This document shows, piece by piece, positions 21,306 through 31,415 of a stretch of DNA of 64,000 nucleotides (positions are counted from its first letter, which is position 1; each line of letters opens with the position of its first letter). The position numbers were made by a program, and so were the translations under genes. Source of the DNA: an uncultured delta proteobacterium. GTDB taxonomy: Bacteria > Desulfobacterota > Desulfobacteria > Desulfobacterales > JAFDCJ01. Where the stretch lies: NCBI GenBank assembly GCA_963769935.1, contig CAVYNY010000018.1:192001-256000 (forward strand), read 5' to 3'. The notes beneath the pieces were generated by a model. That model saw nothing but the letters and a program-made list of their open reading frames with translations, ran no database searches and had not been told where the DNA came from.

Positions 21306-22268
21306 CTATTTGTCATAACTCACCCGGGGATCGAAGTATGCGTAAGCCACATCCACGGCGGCATTGACGAAGACATAGATCGCCGTCACCATGAGGATAC
21401 ACCCCTGAACGACCGGATAGTCCCGGTTGGTAATGGCGCTGAAGATAAGGCGGCCGACGCCCGGGATGGAATAGATATCTTCGATGACCACCGTTCCTCC
21501 CAGCAGGAACCCAACCTGAAACCCAATGATAGTCAACACTGGGGCAAAAGCGTTTTTTAAAGCGTGTTTGAAAACGATGTAGCGTTTTGGCGTTCCCTTG
21601 GCCAGGGCGGTGACGATGAAATCCTCCCGCAAAACCTCCAGCATGGACGAGCGCGTCATCCGGGCCACGATGGCCGCCAGGATAAATGCCAGCGACGTGG
21701 CCGGCAGTATCAGATACTGAATCCCCCCCCAAAAATTTTCAAAAATTGATATCCAGCCCATCATCGGCAACAGTTTGAGCTGAACCGAAAACAACATCAT
21801 CAACAGCAGCGCCAACCAAAAGGACGGCACGGACACGGCCAGAATGACCAGGGCCATAAAAATGTAGTCGGTGTAAGTGTTGTGCCTCAATGCCGCAATG
21901 ATGCCGGTCGGCACGGAAATCATCAGCGAAAGGATCAGGGCCGCCGCGGCGACGGATATGGTTATCGGCATCCGCTCCAGGATGAGTTTGGCCACCGGTT
22001 CATCGGAAATTATCGAGGTCCCCAGGTCTCCCCGCAAAATTGCGGTCGCCCAGTTCCAATACTGCATGACAATGTTTTGGTCCAACCCCAGACGCTGCCG
22101 CATCAATTCAACTTGCTCGGCCTCGGCGCTTGAACCGAGGATGACCAAAACGGGGTCCCCCGGAACCAGATGGATCAGGGCGAAAACCATGACCGAAACC
22201 AGCCAGAGTACCGGAATAATGGATAAAAACCGCCGCACGATGTATTTACGCATTTTGGATTTTCGCAT
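21306..22268 (-). CDS. Di/oligopeptide ABC permease (DppB)
   Basis: PGDP, RGDLGTS, RSSMLEVL.EDFI.TALAKG, NRDYPVVQG. Confidence 0.92.
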   Translation of the reverse strand: MRKSKMRKYIVRRFLSIIPVLWLVSVMVFALIHLVPGDPVLVILGSSAEAEQVELMRQRLGLDQNIVMQYWNWATAILRGDLGTSIISDEPVAKLILERMPITISVAAAALILSLMISVPTGIIAALRHNTYTDYIFMALVILAVSVPSFWLALLLMMLFSVQLKLLPMMGWISIFENFWGGIQYLILPATSLAFILAAIVARMTRSSMLEVLREDFIVTALAKGTPKRYIVFKHALKNAFAPVLTIIGFQVGFLLGGTVVIEDIYSIPGVGRLIFSAITNRDYPVVQGCILMVTAIYVFVNAAVDVAYAYFDPRVSYDK

Positions 22269-22269
22269 A

Positions 22270-22294
22270 GAACCGGCTCCGGAAGAGCCGGTTC
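22270..22294 (-). terminator. Stem-loop between the SBP and permease genes (mRNA-stabilising or partial terminator)
   Basis: GAACCGGCTC-CGGAA-GAGCCGGTTC, perfect 10-bp stem. Confidence 0.55.
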
Positions 22295-22309
22295 CAAATC
22301 AAAAGTTCG

Positions 22310-23905
22310 CTATTCGAAATACAGGTTCCACAACCTTGTTCGATAGGCGTCAAAATCGGTGAAACCTTGGAGGTTTTTCTTAAAGGCCCCGGTGTTGTTA
22401 ATGTAAAAGTTGATCATATACGGAACATCTTCGCAGGTAATCTTGTAGATCTCCCGGAAAAGGCGGTTGCGCGCTTCCAGATCGACGGTGTCGTTCATCT
22501 GGTTGCGAAGTTCGTCGATTTTCTCGTTCTTATAGCCGTAAAAGTTTCCCGAGCTTAAATTCCAGGTCTGGGCGACCGGGTCCATCCGGCCGATCATGGC
22601 AAATGAAAGTATTTCGTGCTCGGCCTTTTTCCACCTGGCCAGGTGGGTGGCCCAGTCGACGACCTCGATTTCGGTATTTATCCCCACGGCGGCCCACATG
22701 GCCTGGGCGGCCACGACCTGGTCGTACATGGGGGTGTAGTTTTTGGAGGTCAGAATTTTGAGTTTCTCACCATTGTACTTGCTTTTTTTCAGAAAGTCTT
22801 TGGCCTTCTCGGGATCGTAGTTGGGAGCCATTTTCTCCAGATCCGGAGTGTACGCCGGCAGCTTGGGTGAAATAACCGAGAACGTTGGGGTTCCGTAGCC
22901 CCAAACCGCTGCTTTGGTAATCTCCTCCCGATCGAGGGCATACGCCATGGCCTTGCGAAAATTCAGATCGGCCAGGATGGGATTGTTAAAGTTGACATAG
23001 AACATGTACCAGACGGCATCCGGGGGCAAGGCGCTGTAAACGGTGATGTCCTCGCGCTTCTTCAAATCGTCGATCATGTGGTAGGGCAGCACCGACGTGA
23101 AATCAACATCGCCTTTGTCAAGGGCCATGATGCGAGTGGAGGGTTCCTTCATGACGTAGTATTCCAGCCGATCAAAGTAGCGGTGCCTTGTCCCCAGCAG
23201 ACCATCCACCGGACCGTCAGCCGAGGCGTAGTCGTCGAAGCGGTCCAGCACGACTTTGCTGTCTTTGACCCACTGAGCCCACTTATAGGGGCCTGTTCCG
23301 ATGGGCGTGACCACCTTGTTGCCGTTGGCTTCCAGGTCCTTTTTGCACATGATGGCAATGGTTCCCACGTCGGTGGCCAGGTAATTGAGCAGGTTTGCCA
23401 TCTTGGCCGAGAGCACCACTTGGACCTGATACGGCCCTGTGATCTTGACTTCGGCAACCGGTTTGAGGTTGTTGGCATGGAAGCCGGGTAATTTGTCGTC
23501 GCGAGCCCGGTCCAGCGAAAATTTGACATCCTCAGCCGTCATCTCCTGTCCATTGTGGAATTTTACGCCTTTTTTCAGGTTCATGGTCATCAGCAGACCG
23601 TCGTCGCTGAACTCGTAATTTTCGACCAGAAACGGCTTGATGTTGTTCTTGCCGTCATAGGTAAACAAGGTCTCATAGACGGTCATGCCCAATACAGCGT
23701 TGTCGATCTCAGCCGAGGTTTGGTGCAGATCGATCTGGGTCAGATCGGTGGGCATGGTCATGCGCAGCACCCCGCCGCGCTTGCCCGCCGCCTGGGACGG
23801 CCCGGCGATCATGACCAATGCGGCCAAAATCAGGAGCATTATGCAGACCGGTCCGCTCCATCGACGCGCCAGGGGTTTTAATTTCGGAATTAATTGAGAC
23901 ATCAT
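22310..23905 (-). CDS. Family 5 ABC substrate-binding protein (DppA-like)
   Basis: Signal peptide, GVKFHNG..MTAEDVKFS, GTGPY, RKAMAYALDR. Confidence 0.92.
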   Translation of the reverse strand: MMSQLIPKLKPLARRWSGPVCIMLLILAALVMIAGPSQAAGKRGGVLRMTMPTDLTQIDLHQTSAEIDNAVLGMTVYETLFTYDGKNNIKPFLVENYEFSDDGLLMTMNLKKGVKFHNGQEMTAEDVKFSLDRARDDKLPGFHANNLKPVAEVKITGPYQVQVVLSAKMANLLNYLATDVGTIAIMCKKDLEANGNKVVTPIGTGPYKWAQWVKDSKVVLDRFDDYASADGPVDGLLGTRHRYFDRLEYYVMKEPSTRIMALDKGDVDFTSVLPYHMIDDLKKREDITVYSALPPDAVWYMFYVNFNNPILADLNFRKAMAYALDREEITKAAVWGYGTPTFSVISPKLPAYTPDLEKMAPNYDPEKAKDFLKKSKYNGEKLKILTSKNYTPMYDQVVAAQAMWAAVGINTEIEVVDWATHLARWKKAEHEILSFAMIGRMDPVAQTWNLSSGNFYGYKNEKIDELRNQMNDTVDLEARNRLFREIYKITCEDVPYMINFYINNTGAFKKNLQGFTDFDAYRTRLWNLYFE

Positions 23906-24077
23906 TGCTCCTCCTTTTTTGCGGTTAGGATTGTATGGCCGGCTGATAACACCAACCGACCCGGAATTATGTGCCCATCAGGGTTCATTTTATCTATTAT
24001 CTTAGCGGACCCGTATCGGCGGTAATTTCCGAATTCCGGCCGAATCGGTTCCAGGAAATCTGCCCGGTCTATTCCCA

Positions 24078-25344
24078 TTATTCCGCGAGGCCGCACCAAC
24101 GCGCCAAAAATAGAGCATAGACCTTGGCCGTATAAATGACGCTTTCGATGGTTACCCTCTCGTTGGCCGCATGGCTGTTTTCCGCCACCGGGCCGTAACA
24201 GGTCGCCTGCGCCCGGGTAAAATGATGAAATGCCCGCACATCGGTGGTGGCTGTTGAAATTCGTTCGGTCGTATCCTGACCGTAAAACTCACGGTGACAA
24301 TCGTTGAGGATGTTGAAGGCCGGCTGGTGACGATCAGCGACGTGACCCTCGGATCTGAAACCATAAAATTCGATCTGCGGTTGATTTTCGGTCAGCCAGG
24401 GGTCCGACTGTGCCGCCCGCGCGATGGTTTCTGTAATCCGCTGCCGCATCTGATCATAAGTAGTTCCCGGGATAAAAGGACAGACGGCAGTGGAACTCGG
24501 CCGCCGCCGGCACGGTCGACGGCCAGTCACCGCCTTTGATGATCCCGATGTTCAAATTAATGGGATGGTTAATGCCTTCATAAACCGGATGGATCTCCCG
24601 GTTCATTTCGGCTTCCAATTCTCGCAGGGCAGCTATGATGGGAATACATTTTTCGATGGCATTGACTCCGGCCTGGGCTTCGTAAACATGCCGGGGCACA
24701 CCGGCGAGGCTGACTTTGAACCACAGCACACCCAATTGAGCGATCAGGATGGCGGGACCGGTAGGTTCGGGGATAAGGACGGCATCCGCCTCATAACCTG
24801 CCGCCACGCAGGCCACCGCACCGTTGCCGCTGCATTCTTCCTCGATAACGGCTTCGATGGTAACCGGAGCCCGAAAGCCGAAGCCGGATTTTTCAACCGC
24901 ATGGACGGCATAGGTCATGGCGGCCACACCGGATTTCATATCCCCGGCACCTCTGCCGTAAAGCCAGCCGTCCTTCATAACCGGCTCGAACGGATCCGTG
25001 TCCCACAGACCCAGCGGTTCCGGGCTAACCACGTCCAGATGGCCGTTGAATATAACGCTGCGCCCCCCATCGACCGCAGCCTCTCTTTTGGCGATCACAT
25101 TGTAGCGGCCCTCATAGGACCAGGGCACCGGGGCAAACCCGGGGTGCTGCGAAAGCTTAACCGGGTCCACCGGAACCCTGACAGGGTTAAATGAAAGTCT
25201 CGTCAGTTCCGACTCCATGACCCGCAGGACCGAGGCTTCATTTTCCAAGGTGCTCGGCTCGGCCACGAGCCGGCAGGCGAAATCGATAATGTCATCAGCC
25301 AGGTTATCGATGCGCTTAATGATTTGGTTTTCTATTTTTTTCAA
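24078..25344 (-). CDS. ArgE/DapE (M20) deacylase; +1 frameshift at ~24470
   Basis: NGHLDVV, GRGAGDMK, IEEE, then ...TTD...YGP...HAANE in a second frame; probable TTG start 25344. Confidence 0.85.
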
Positions 25345-25464
25345 CTTTGAACCGCTCAATTTAGGTTTAAGTAAGTGGGCAGGGTAATCACCCACACGAC
25401 CTCGGTGGTAACCGACCCCGGATTCAAAAAAATCCATCATAAAAATACTTAAGTCAAGAAAAAA

Positions 25465-26604
25465 TCACGCATTCAGGCGATTGTATAACCTCATAATTTC
25501 AATCAACCGGTTGTGATCGATAGCCTCCACCATATGCCCGGCGGGTTTAACCGTGGTCATGGATTCGGCCGCGATCAGGGCATTGACAACAGCCTCTTCG
25601 ACGGCCTGAATCGTTGCGCGGTAAATATCATCGAAATAATGATCGTTGATATAGTTCAGGGTGAAGTTCACCGGCTGCCGGCCGTGCATGTTGGGCAGGT
25701 CGATATCGTTGGCCGTTGAAAAGGCCAGAAAAATATCGCCGGAGTAATTGCCGCCGGGAGTTCCCGTGCGCCCGATGCCGATGGCAGCCCGTTTGGCAAC
25801 CCGGCGCAGCTGGATCGGCAGCATGGGAATATCGGTGCCGACAATGACAATAATGGAGCCGGTTTCGCGGGCGTTTATCTCACTATAGACGGCGTTTTCC
25901 GGCATGTGGCGGCCGACGGGCACCCCAAGAATCGCGAGATCTTTGCGGGCACCGAAGTTGGACTGCACCAGCACACCGACCGTGTACTCCGTTAACCCGG
26001 TCCGCACGATCCGGGATGCGGTACCGGTGCCGCCTTTGAACTCGTAGGTCACCATGCCCGTGCCGCCGCCGACATTACCTTCGGCGACAAAACCCGAGGC
26101 GGCTGATTTTATAGCGGCGAGCACATGTTCTTCTTTGAGATGCCGGCCGCAGATATCATTGGTCAACCCATCGTAGGTCTCGGCGACGATCGGCATGGCC
26201 CAGCCGTGATCATCCTGCAAAAAGCTTTTATATTGGTCGATCATCCAGCCCACTACGGCATGGTGCGCCATGCCAACCGAATGGGTATTGGTAATGCAAA
26301 TCGGGCTGATAAAGTATCCGGCCTCGTTGATCCAGTGGATGCCGGTCATCTCGCCGTTGCCATTGAGGTTGAAATGACCCGCCCAAATAGGATGTGGGCG
26401 ATCTTTTTTCCCCCGCGGCAGAATAGCGGTGACTCCCGTGCGGATCGGCCCCTTGCCGACCTGGACCGGACCCTCGCCCTCGATCAGGGTCGTAAATCCA
26501 ACTTCAACGCTTTTTACATCGGTAATGGCGTTGAATCTTCCGGTCACGCCGTCCAACGGCAACCCCAGATCACGCGCTCTCGGCTTGCCAGAAAATTTAC
26601 TCAT
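25465..26604 (-). CDS. dmpA: DmpA/BapA (P1) L-aminopeptidase/D-Ala esterase-amidase
   Basis: KPRARDLG, NAITDV, NGNGEMTG, ITNTH, VAETYD, FKGGTGTASR, autoprocessing site G-SIIV, SGDIFLAFSTAN. Confidence 0.9.
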   Translation of the reverse strand: MSKFSGKPRARDLGLPLDGVTGRFNAITDVKSVEVGFTTLIEGEGPVQVGKGPIRTGVTAILPRGKKDRPHPIWAGHFNLNGNGEMTGIHWINEAGYFISPICITNTHSVGMAHHAVVGWMIDQYKSFLQDDHGWAMPIVAETYDGLTNDICGRHLKEEHVLAAIKSAASGFVAEGNVGGGTGMVTYEFKGGTGTASRIVRTGLTEYTVGVLVQSNFGARKDLAILGVPVGRHMPENAVYSEINARETGSIIVIVGTDIPMLPIQLRRVAKRAAIGIGRTGTPGGNYSGDIFLAFSTANDIDLPNMHGRQPVNFTLNYINDHYFDDIYRATIQAVEEAVVNALIAAESMTTVKPAGHMVEAIDHNRLIEIMRLYNRLNA

Positions 26605-26775
26605 CCAGCTTCCCCCCAAAGATATCTGAAAGCTAATTTTTCTGTTTTCAGATTAGGATAGTTAGTTAATACTAAAATATTTAATTAATCCGCCTAACCT
26701 AAGACCAAATAACATTCTTCAGTTTTCCATGAAAAATTTACCACCCTGACTGTGCCATATTTGAGGACGGATTAA

Positions 26776-27633
26776 TCAGCTGATCTTTTTATGCAGTTTC
26801 AGCGGTCCAATCGATTTAAAAATATCTCCCTTAAGCATATCCTGCTGGTATACGGGAAATTTTCCTTTATAATTTGCCAGCGCTTTCCAAATCTGACACT
26901 GACCTAGCGTGCCGTATTCTCTCACACGCGCAGTGTGATCCAGATCAATGATTTCCGTCATGATAATCTCGCTTTCACCGGAAGTCTGCAGGACCCGTCC
27001 TTCAGGATCAACGAAGATCGACTGGCCGACCCCTCCGACGCCAAGGCCATTGATGTTAAAAAGGTAAAGCTGGTTTGAGATCGCATTGGCCCGGGCCAAA
27101 ATCAACTCCTGGGCCCGGTCCGAGGTGTAGGTGGCCGTTGGACAAAAAACCGCTTCAGCTCCCATCCAGGCAAGGCTGCGGGTCAACTCGGGAAACCAGA
27201 GGTCATAACAGATGCACAGTCCAAACCTGCCTTTTTGAGGGATATCAAAGATGCAAAAATCCTCCCCGGCTTCGGTTTCTTCCAGGGGACGCCAGGGAAA
27301 AATTTTGCGGTAGCGGGCCGCAATTTCACCATCCGGAGTGATAACCACTGCGGTGTTATAGATTTTATCTATTTCTTTCTCGTAAAATGAACCGGGTATA
27401 ATCCATTTGTTGTTCTTTTGAGCCCAGCCGATAATTCTATCCAGGGAAGGATTTGGAATCGACATGGCCAGATTCATGTCCAGACCGCTCATGCAGAGTT
27501 CGCTGAAACAAATGATATCCACCCAGGGAAACAGGGCGGCAACGGTATTCAACTGTTTCAGCATCCGATCCGTGTTGTCCCGCCCATGGACCACATGCAT
27601 CTGGATTCCGGCAATTCCAAGATTTCTGGCCAT
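26776..27633 (-). CDS. Carbon-nitrogen hydrolase (nitrilase superfamily)
   Basis: E-K-C triad: FSEL, YRK, ICYD. Confidence 0.9.
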   Translation of the reverse strand: MARNLGIAGIQMHVVHGRDNTDRMLKQLNTVAALFPWVDIICFSELCMSGLDMNLAMSIPNPSLDRIIGWAQKNNKWIIPGSFYEKEIDKIYNTAVVITPDGEIAARYRKIFPWRPLEETEAGEDFCIFDIPQKGRFGLCICYDLWFPELTRSLAWMGAEAVFCPTATYTSDRAQELILARANAISNQLYLFNINGLGVGGVGQSIFVDPEGRVLQTSGESEIIMTEIIDLDHTARVREYGTLGQCQIWKALANYKGKFPVYQQDMLKGDIFKSIGPLKLHKKIS

Positions 27634-27699
27634 GCGCCCTCCATATGATTAAATTTTCCGCGGTTAATTTGTCTTCCACAGTCGGGTTTTCGAATTCTG

Positions 27700-27897
27700 T
27701 TGATTCAATTTCCGACTTCCGCATGTTTGCCGGGTCATCGCTTTAGCGAAGACGGGTCCCACCTCCGACTTCAAAATTCCGTTTTCCGCCGTCTGCTTGC
27801 CGCGGCGAAGTTCGACCGGTTGGGTCGTCTTGTTCCGTCAAAGCTTAAAGAGCGAAGTCGGAAATTGAAAGCGAAGCCCGAAGAGCGAAGACGGGTC
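27700..27897. repeat. Nested REP-like family B elements ending GCGAAGACGGGTC
   Basis: GCGAAGACGGGTC at 27746 and 27885; CTGCTTGCCGCGGCGAAG at 27793 matches 30109. Confidence 0.7.
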
Positions 27898-28540
27898 AAT
27901 AGTTAATGACACAGTGCACATCCCGCATAAAATCTGCCGCCTCAACCGCATTGCCCTTTTCAATGAGTTCAATGAGCGTCTGATGCTCTGAATAATTCAT
28001 TTCCTTCATCTTTAAACTCCAGTCTTTCTTTCCGAATTCAAATAGCCGCTGGCGGATGATAATGAGCTGATGCAAAATCCGTGTGTTTGACGACAAATCC
28101 AGATACACGTGATGAAATGCCGTATTCAGATCCCAGTACTGATAAAACCTATCCTCAGCAATATTGGCGTACATCTCCTGGTTGATTCGCTTCATTTGTT
28201 CGAGTTCGTGCGAACCAATCTTGTCAAAGACGGAAAGAAATGTCCGGGAATCCAGGGCCCCCAGCATCTCGTACATATCTTCGATATCCCGCTGGGAGAG
28301 CTCGTTGATGCGAATTCCCCGCTGGGGCAGAAAGGTCACAAAGCCTTCATTTTGAAGCTGCAAAAGGGCGTCTCTGAGCGGTGTACGGCTGATGTCCAGG
28401 TTTCGCATGATTTGATTCATGCTGACAAACATACCCGGCTTTAAATTTTCCGCCTTCAATTCATTGCGCAGATACTCATACACTTGACTGCGCAAAAGTT
28501 GATTCCCGGCTGGAATAGAAATATATGATTTAATTTCCAT
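27896..28540 (-). CDS. GntR (FCD) transcriptional regulator
   Basis: wHTH ISRTPLRDALLQL..EG.V...P.RG; FCD AFH...EH. Confidence 0.92.
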   Translation of the reverse strand: MEIKSYISIPAGNQLLRSQVYEYLRNELKAENLKPGMFVSMNQIMRNLDISRTPLRDALLQLQNEGFVTFLPQRGIRINELSQRDIEDMYEMLGALDSRTFLSVFDKIGSHELEQMKRINQEMYANIAEDRFYQYWDLNTAFHHVYLDLSSNTRILHQLIIIRQRLFEFGKKDWSLKMKEMNYSEHQTLIELIEKGNAVEAADFMRDVHCVINY

Positions 28541-28606
28541 AGGTTAAAAGTCAGCGCTCAGATTATGTAAGGGAGATAAATAATGACGGCAGCTTGATTA
28601 CCAACT

Positions 28607-28636
28607 GATATACTAGTATACTAATATATCTGTCAA
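28607..28636 (-). promoter_or_regulatory. gntR promoter with palindromic operator
   Basis: TTGACA on the minus strand (28636-28631); perfect palindrome TATACTAGTATA (28609-28620) covering the expected -10 region. Confidence 0.55.
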
Positions 28637-28670
28637 AATATTTTTTCATGCTGAAAAAATATATTTGATT

Positions 28671-29945
28671 CTATTTTCCCTTTTTACATGAACACCATTC
28701 TACGGTAGCGAGCGCAATCGCTTTGGTTGTTAAAACCAGCGAATCCAATTCGGCATATTCGTCAAAGCTGTGATAATTGCTGCCGTTGGGACCAAAACAA
28801 ATGGAGGGAAATCCGAAATAGGAGGAAAACCGGTTGTCCAGGCCGGCGGTGGCGCCGGAAACCTCCAGCTTTTGACCACAGACAGCCTCGAAACATGGCA
28901 AAACGGTTTTTATGAAGGGATCCGCCGGGTCCTGGTACCAGGGATCCGTCTGCCAGCCGAACCATTCAATTGCCGGCGGATGCGCTTTCAGCCACTCGTC
29001 GGTTCGGGCTACATCTTCAATCACCTGCTCCACGATAGCCTTGATCTCAGCCTTGCTTTCTCCCGGGATAAAGGAGATCCGGCAGGCCATTTCCGCAAAG
29101 CCGGCTACCGTGGAAACCCAGTCGCCGGCTTTGAGGGTGCCGATGTTCAGATGGCAGGAGCGGCCCTCGATCTTGTGATATAGAGGAAATATCACCTTCT
29201 TGCCCCGGCGCCGGTCCAGATCCACCATGGCTTCATACACCTTCATCATCTTGCCGATGGCGTTGACTCCTAGGTGGGCGTGACCGGCATGGGCGGTCAG
29301 GCCCGTTATTCTTACCCGAAAATACAAAATGCCGGTATGGCTGATCACCGGCATCATGAAGGGTTCGGTGATGATCATGCCGTCGGCGGTGTCGCCTTCC
29401 ATGAAACAGGCCAGGGTGCCCCCGGCGCCGCCGGCTTCTTCCTCGACCACGCTTTGCAGCATGACATCACCGCCCGGTTCGATACCTGCATTGCGCAGTG
29501 CTTTGAGGGCATACAAATTAGCGATCACTCCGGCTTTCATGTCCACCGCCCCCCGCCCATAAAGCCGGTTTCCTTCAATCTCAGCGCCCCAGGGATCATG
29601 CTGCCACTGGTCCACCGGTTCCGGGGAAACGACATCGACATGGCCGTTTAGAATCATCGATTTTTTATTGGAATCACCGGGCAGCAGTCCGATGACATTC
29701 GGTCGCCCTTCAAACGGCAGACCGCTTTCCACATAGGCTGAATGCTGTCCGACCTTTTTCTTGTCAGCCTCAAAAGTTTTCACATCCAGTTCCAAACCTT
29801 CATACTGCCGTCGCATGAAATCCTGGGCCGCACCTTCGTTGCCGACCACGCTGGGAATTCGCACCAATTCGGCCAGCGTCTCGATCATTTCCTCCCGCAG
29901 CCTGTCTACAACAATCTCTATTTTCGCTTTTATTTTTTCTTCCAT
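28671..29945 (-). CDS. ArgE/DapE (M20) deacylase
   Basis: NGHVDVV, GRGAVDMK, VEEE, TEP, FGP...HSFDE; paralogous to 24078-25344. Confidence 0.92.
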   Translation of the reverse strand: MEEKIKAKIEIVVDRLREEMIETLAELVRIPSVVGNEGAAQDFMRRQYEGLELDVKTFEADKKKVGQHSAYVESGLPFEGRPNVIGLLPGDSNKKSMILNGHVDVVSPEPVDQWQHDPWGAEIEGNRLYGRGAVDMKAGVIANLYALKALRNAGIEPGGDVMLQSVVEEEAGGAGGTLACFMEGDTADGMIITEPFMMPVISHTGILYFRVRITGLTAHAGHAHLGVNAIGKMMKVYEAMVDLDRRRGKKVIFPLYHKIEGRSCHLNIGTLKAGDWVSTVAGFAEMACRISFIPGESKAEIKAIVEQVIEDVARTDEWLKAHPPAIEWFGWQTDPWYQDPADPFIKTVLPCFEAVCGQKLEVSGATAGLDNRFSSYFGFPSICFGPNGSNYHSFDEYAELDSLVLTTKAIALATVEWCSCKKGK

Positions 29946-29983
29946 TGGACTAATTCCTGTATCTGTATATTAATGCTTTTTAT

Positions 29984-30147
29984 TTCCGAATTGCGCATGC
30001 CTGCCGCGTCATCCTGTCCCGTCGTAGTCAAGCTGCAAGCTTGACGAAGTTGAAAGCCCCTCAGGGCGACGGCGGGTCCGAATTCCAAATTCAAGATCCT
30101 CTTTTTTTCTGCCTGCCGCGGCGAAGCTCGAAGAGCGAAGACGGGTC
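29984..30147. repeat. Family B REP-like elements
   Basis: CTGCCTGCCGCGGCGAAGCTCGAAGAGCGAAGACGGGTC (30109-30147) plus GTCAAGCTGCAAGCTTGAC hairpin at ~30026-30044. Confidence 0.7.
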
Positions 30148-30791
30148 TAATACCCAAGAAATTCCCCCACGAGCTTCACATGGATTCTCCCTTCAATCAT
30201 ATGGCCTTCAATCGTGCTCCAGATATTGCAGATTCGCTGGGGGGAGCGGCAATCCGAACACAAGCCGGTCTCGACACAGGGGTTTTTGAGCCCGTAGCGA
30301 ATATTGTTGACCGGCGCGGCGTAGTGCTTGACGCGGGCAATGGCCGATTCCAGATCCGGTGCAACCTTGTTCATTCCGACTACCAGAATTACTTTTTTGG
30401 GGCCGAATGCCATGGCCGCCACGCGGTTGCCCATCCCGTCAAGGTTGACCAAGCGACCGTCCAACGTTATGGCGTTGGTGCTGGCAATCATAATATCGGC
30501 TGTCAGCCCCTGGCGCCTGAGTTCCAGGCCCTCTTCCCGCGACAGTTCAGGGCGGTAAGGGTCAATCAGCTTTACCCCCGGCAGGGCGGCAATGGCCTCC
30601 CACAGGCCGATATCCACGGCGGTCATAGATCCACAGCGAAAGACGGTTGCACCCTGCGGGATCATTGCGACTATCTCGTCCCGGGCCGTGGCGGCGCTGG
30701 CGCTATAACTGCCGGCCATTCGGCGTTTTTCAAGATTTTTGATAATTTTTCCCGCGACTTTCTCGTTCCAGGCGACCTGGTATTCATCCAT
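30147..30791 (-). CDS. LUD-domain (lactate utilisation C-like) protein
   Basis: GSMT, STNAITLDGRLVNLDGMGNRVAA..FGP, GMNK, PCVETGLCSDC...RIC. Confidence 0.85.
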   Translation of the reverse strand: MDEYQVAWNEKVAGKIIKNLEKRRMAGSYSASAATARDEIVAMIPQGATVFRCGSMTAVDIGLWEAIAALPGVKLIDPYRPELSREEGLELRRQGLTADIMIASTNAITLDGRLVNLDGMGNRVAAMAFGPKKVILVVGMNKVAPDLESAIARVKHYAAPVNNIRYGLKNPCVETGLCSDCRSPQRICNIWSTIEGHMIEGRIHVKLVGEFLGY

Positions 30792-31010
30792 AAATTTCCT
30801 CCTTTTGGAATCTCGGTTTTTTTAATTTTTTGTGAATCCATCATACCCGATGATATCTGAATATCAATCAAAAAATCGTCGCCTATCGCCGAAAAGCTGC
30901 CGGTTGCAGCAGCACCATACTCCAAATATTTTAATTTTTTTGCTTTACATGGGGCCATTTGGCCACTATAGTATAGCTGTGCGCCAAACTGTAAAACCGG
31001 AGGAATTCTC

Positions 31011-31415
31011 ATGCACGTTCAATCGATCGGCATCGAGTCAAAAAATATCGATGATCTGATTTTAAAAGTCGAAAGAGGCCTGCCGATAAGCTCTTTTGAA
31101 AAACTGAAAAAAAAGCTGGGGGTATCGGATAATTTTTTATCCCAGATTGTCAATATCCCCAAACGCACCTTAACCCGCCGCAAACAGCAGGGCCGGTTGA
31201 ATACTCAGGAATCGGAAAAAGTGCTGCGGGTCGCACGGCTATACGACCGGGCCCTGGAGGTATTCGAAGATTCAGAAGCGGCCGAAAAGTGGCTTAAGGA
31301 GCCGGCCCGGGGTCTGGGCAACGCATCCCCTTTAAACTATGCCAAAACAGAGCTGGGTGCTCAGGAAGTCGAAAAGCTGCTGACCAGAATTGAGCACGGC
31401 GTATTTTCAGGATGA
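31011..31415 (+). CDS. Xre/MbcA/ParS antitoxin of a RES-Xre TA pair
   Basis: RTLTRRK, ESEKVLRVAR, A.KWL..P..GLG...P, RIEHGVFS; overlaps the RES gene. Confidence 0.9.
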   Translation: MHVQSIGIESKNIDDLILKVERGLPISSFEKLKKKLGVSDNFLSQIVNIPKRTLTRRKQQGRLNTQESEKVLRVARLYDRALEVFEDSEAAEKWLKEPARGLGNASPLNYAKTELGAQEVEKLLTRIEHGVFSG

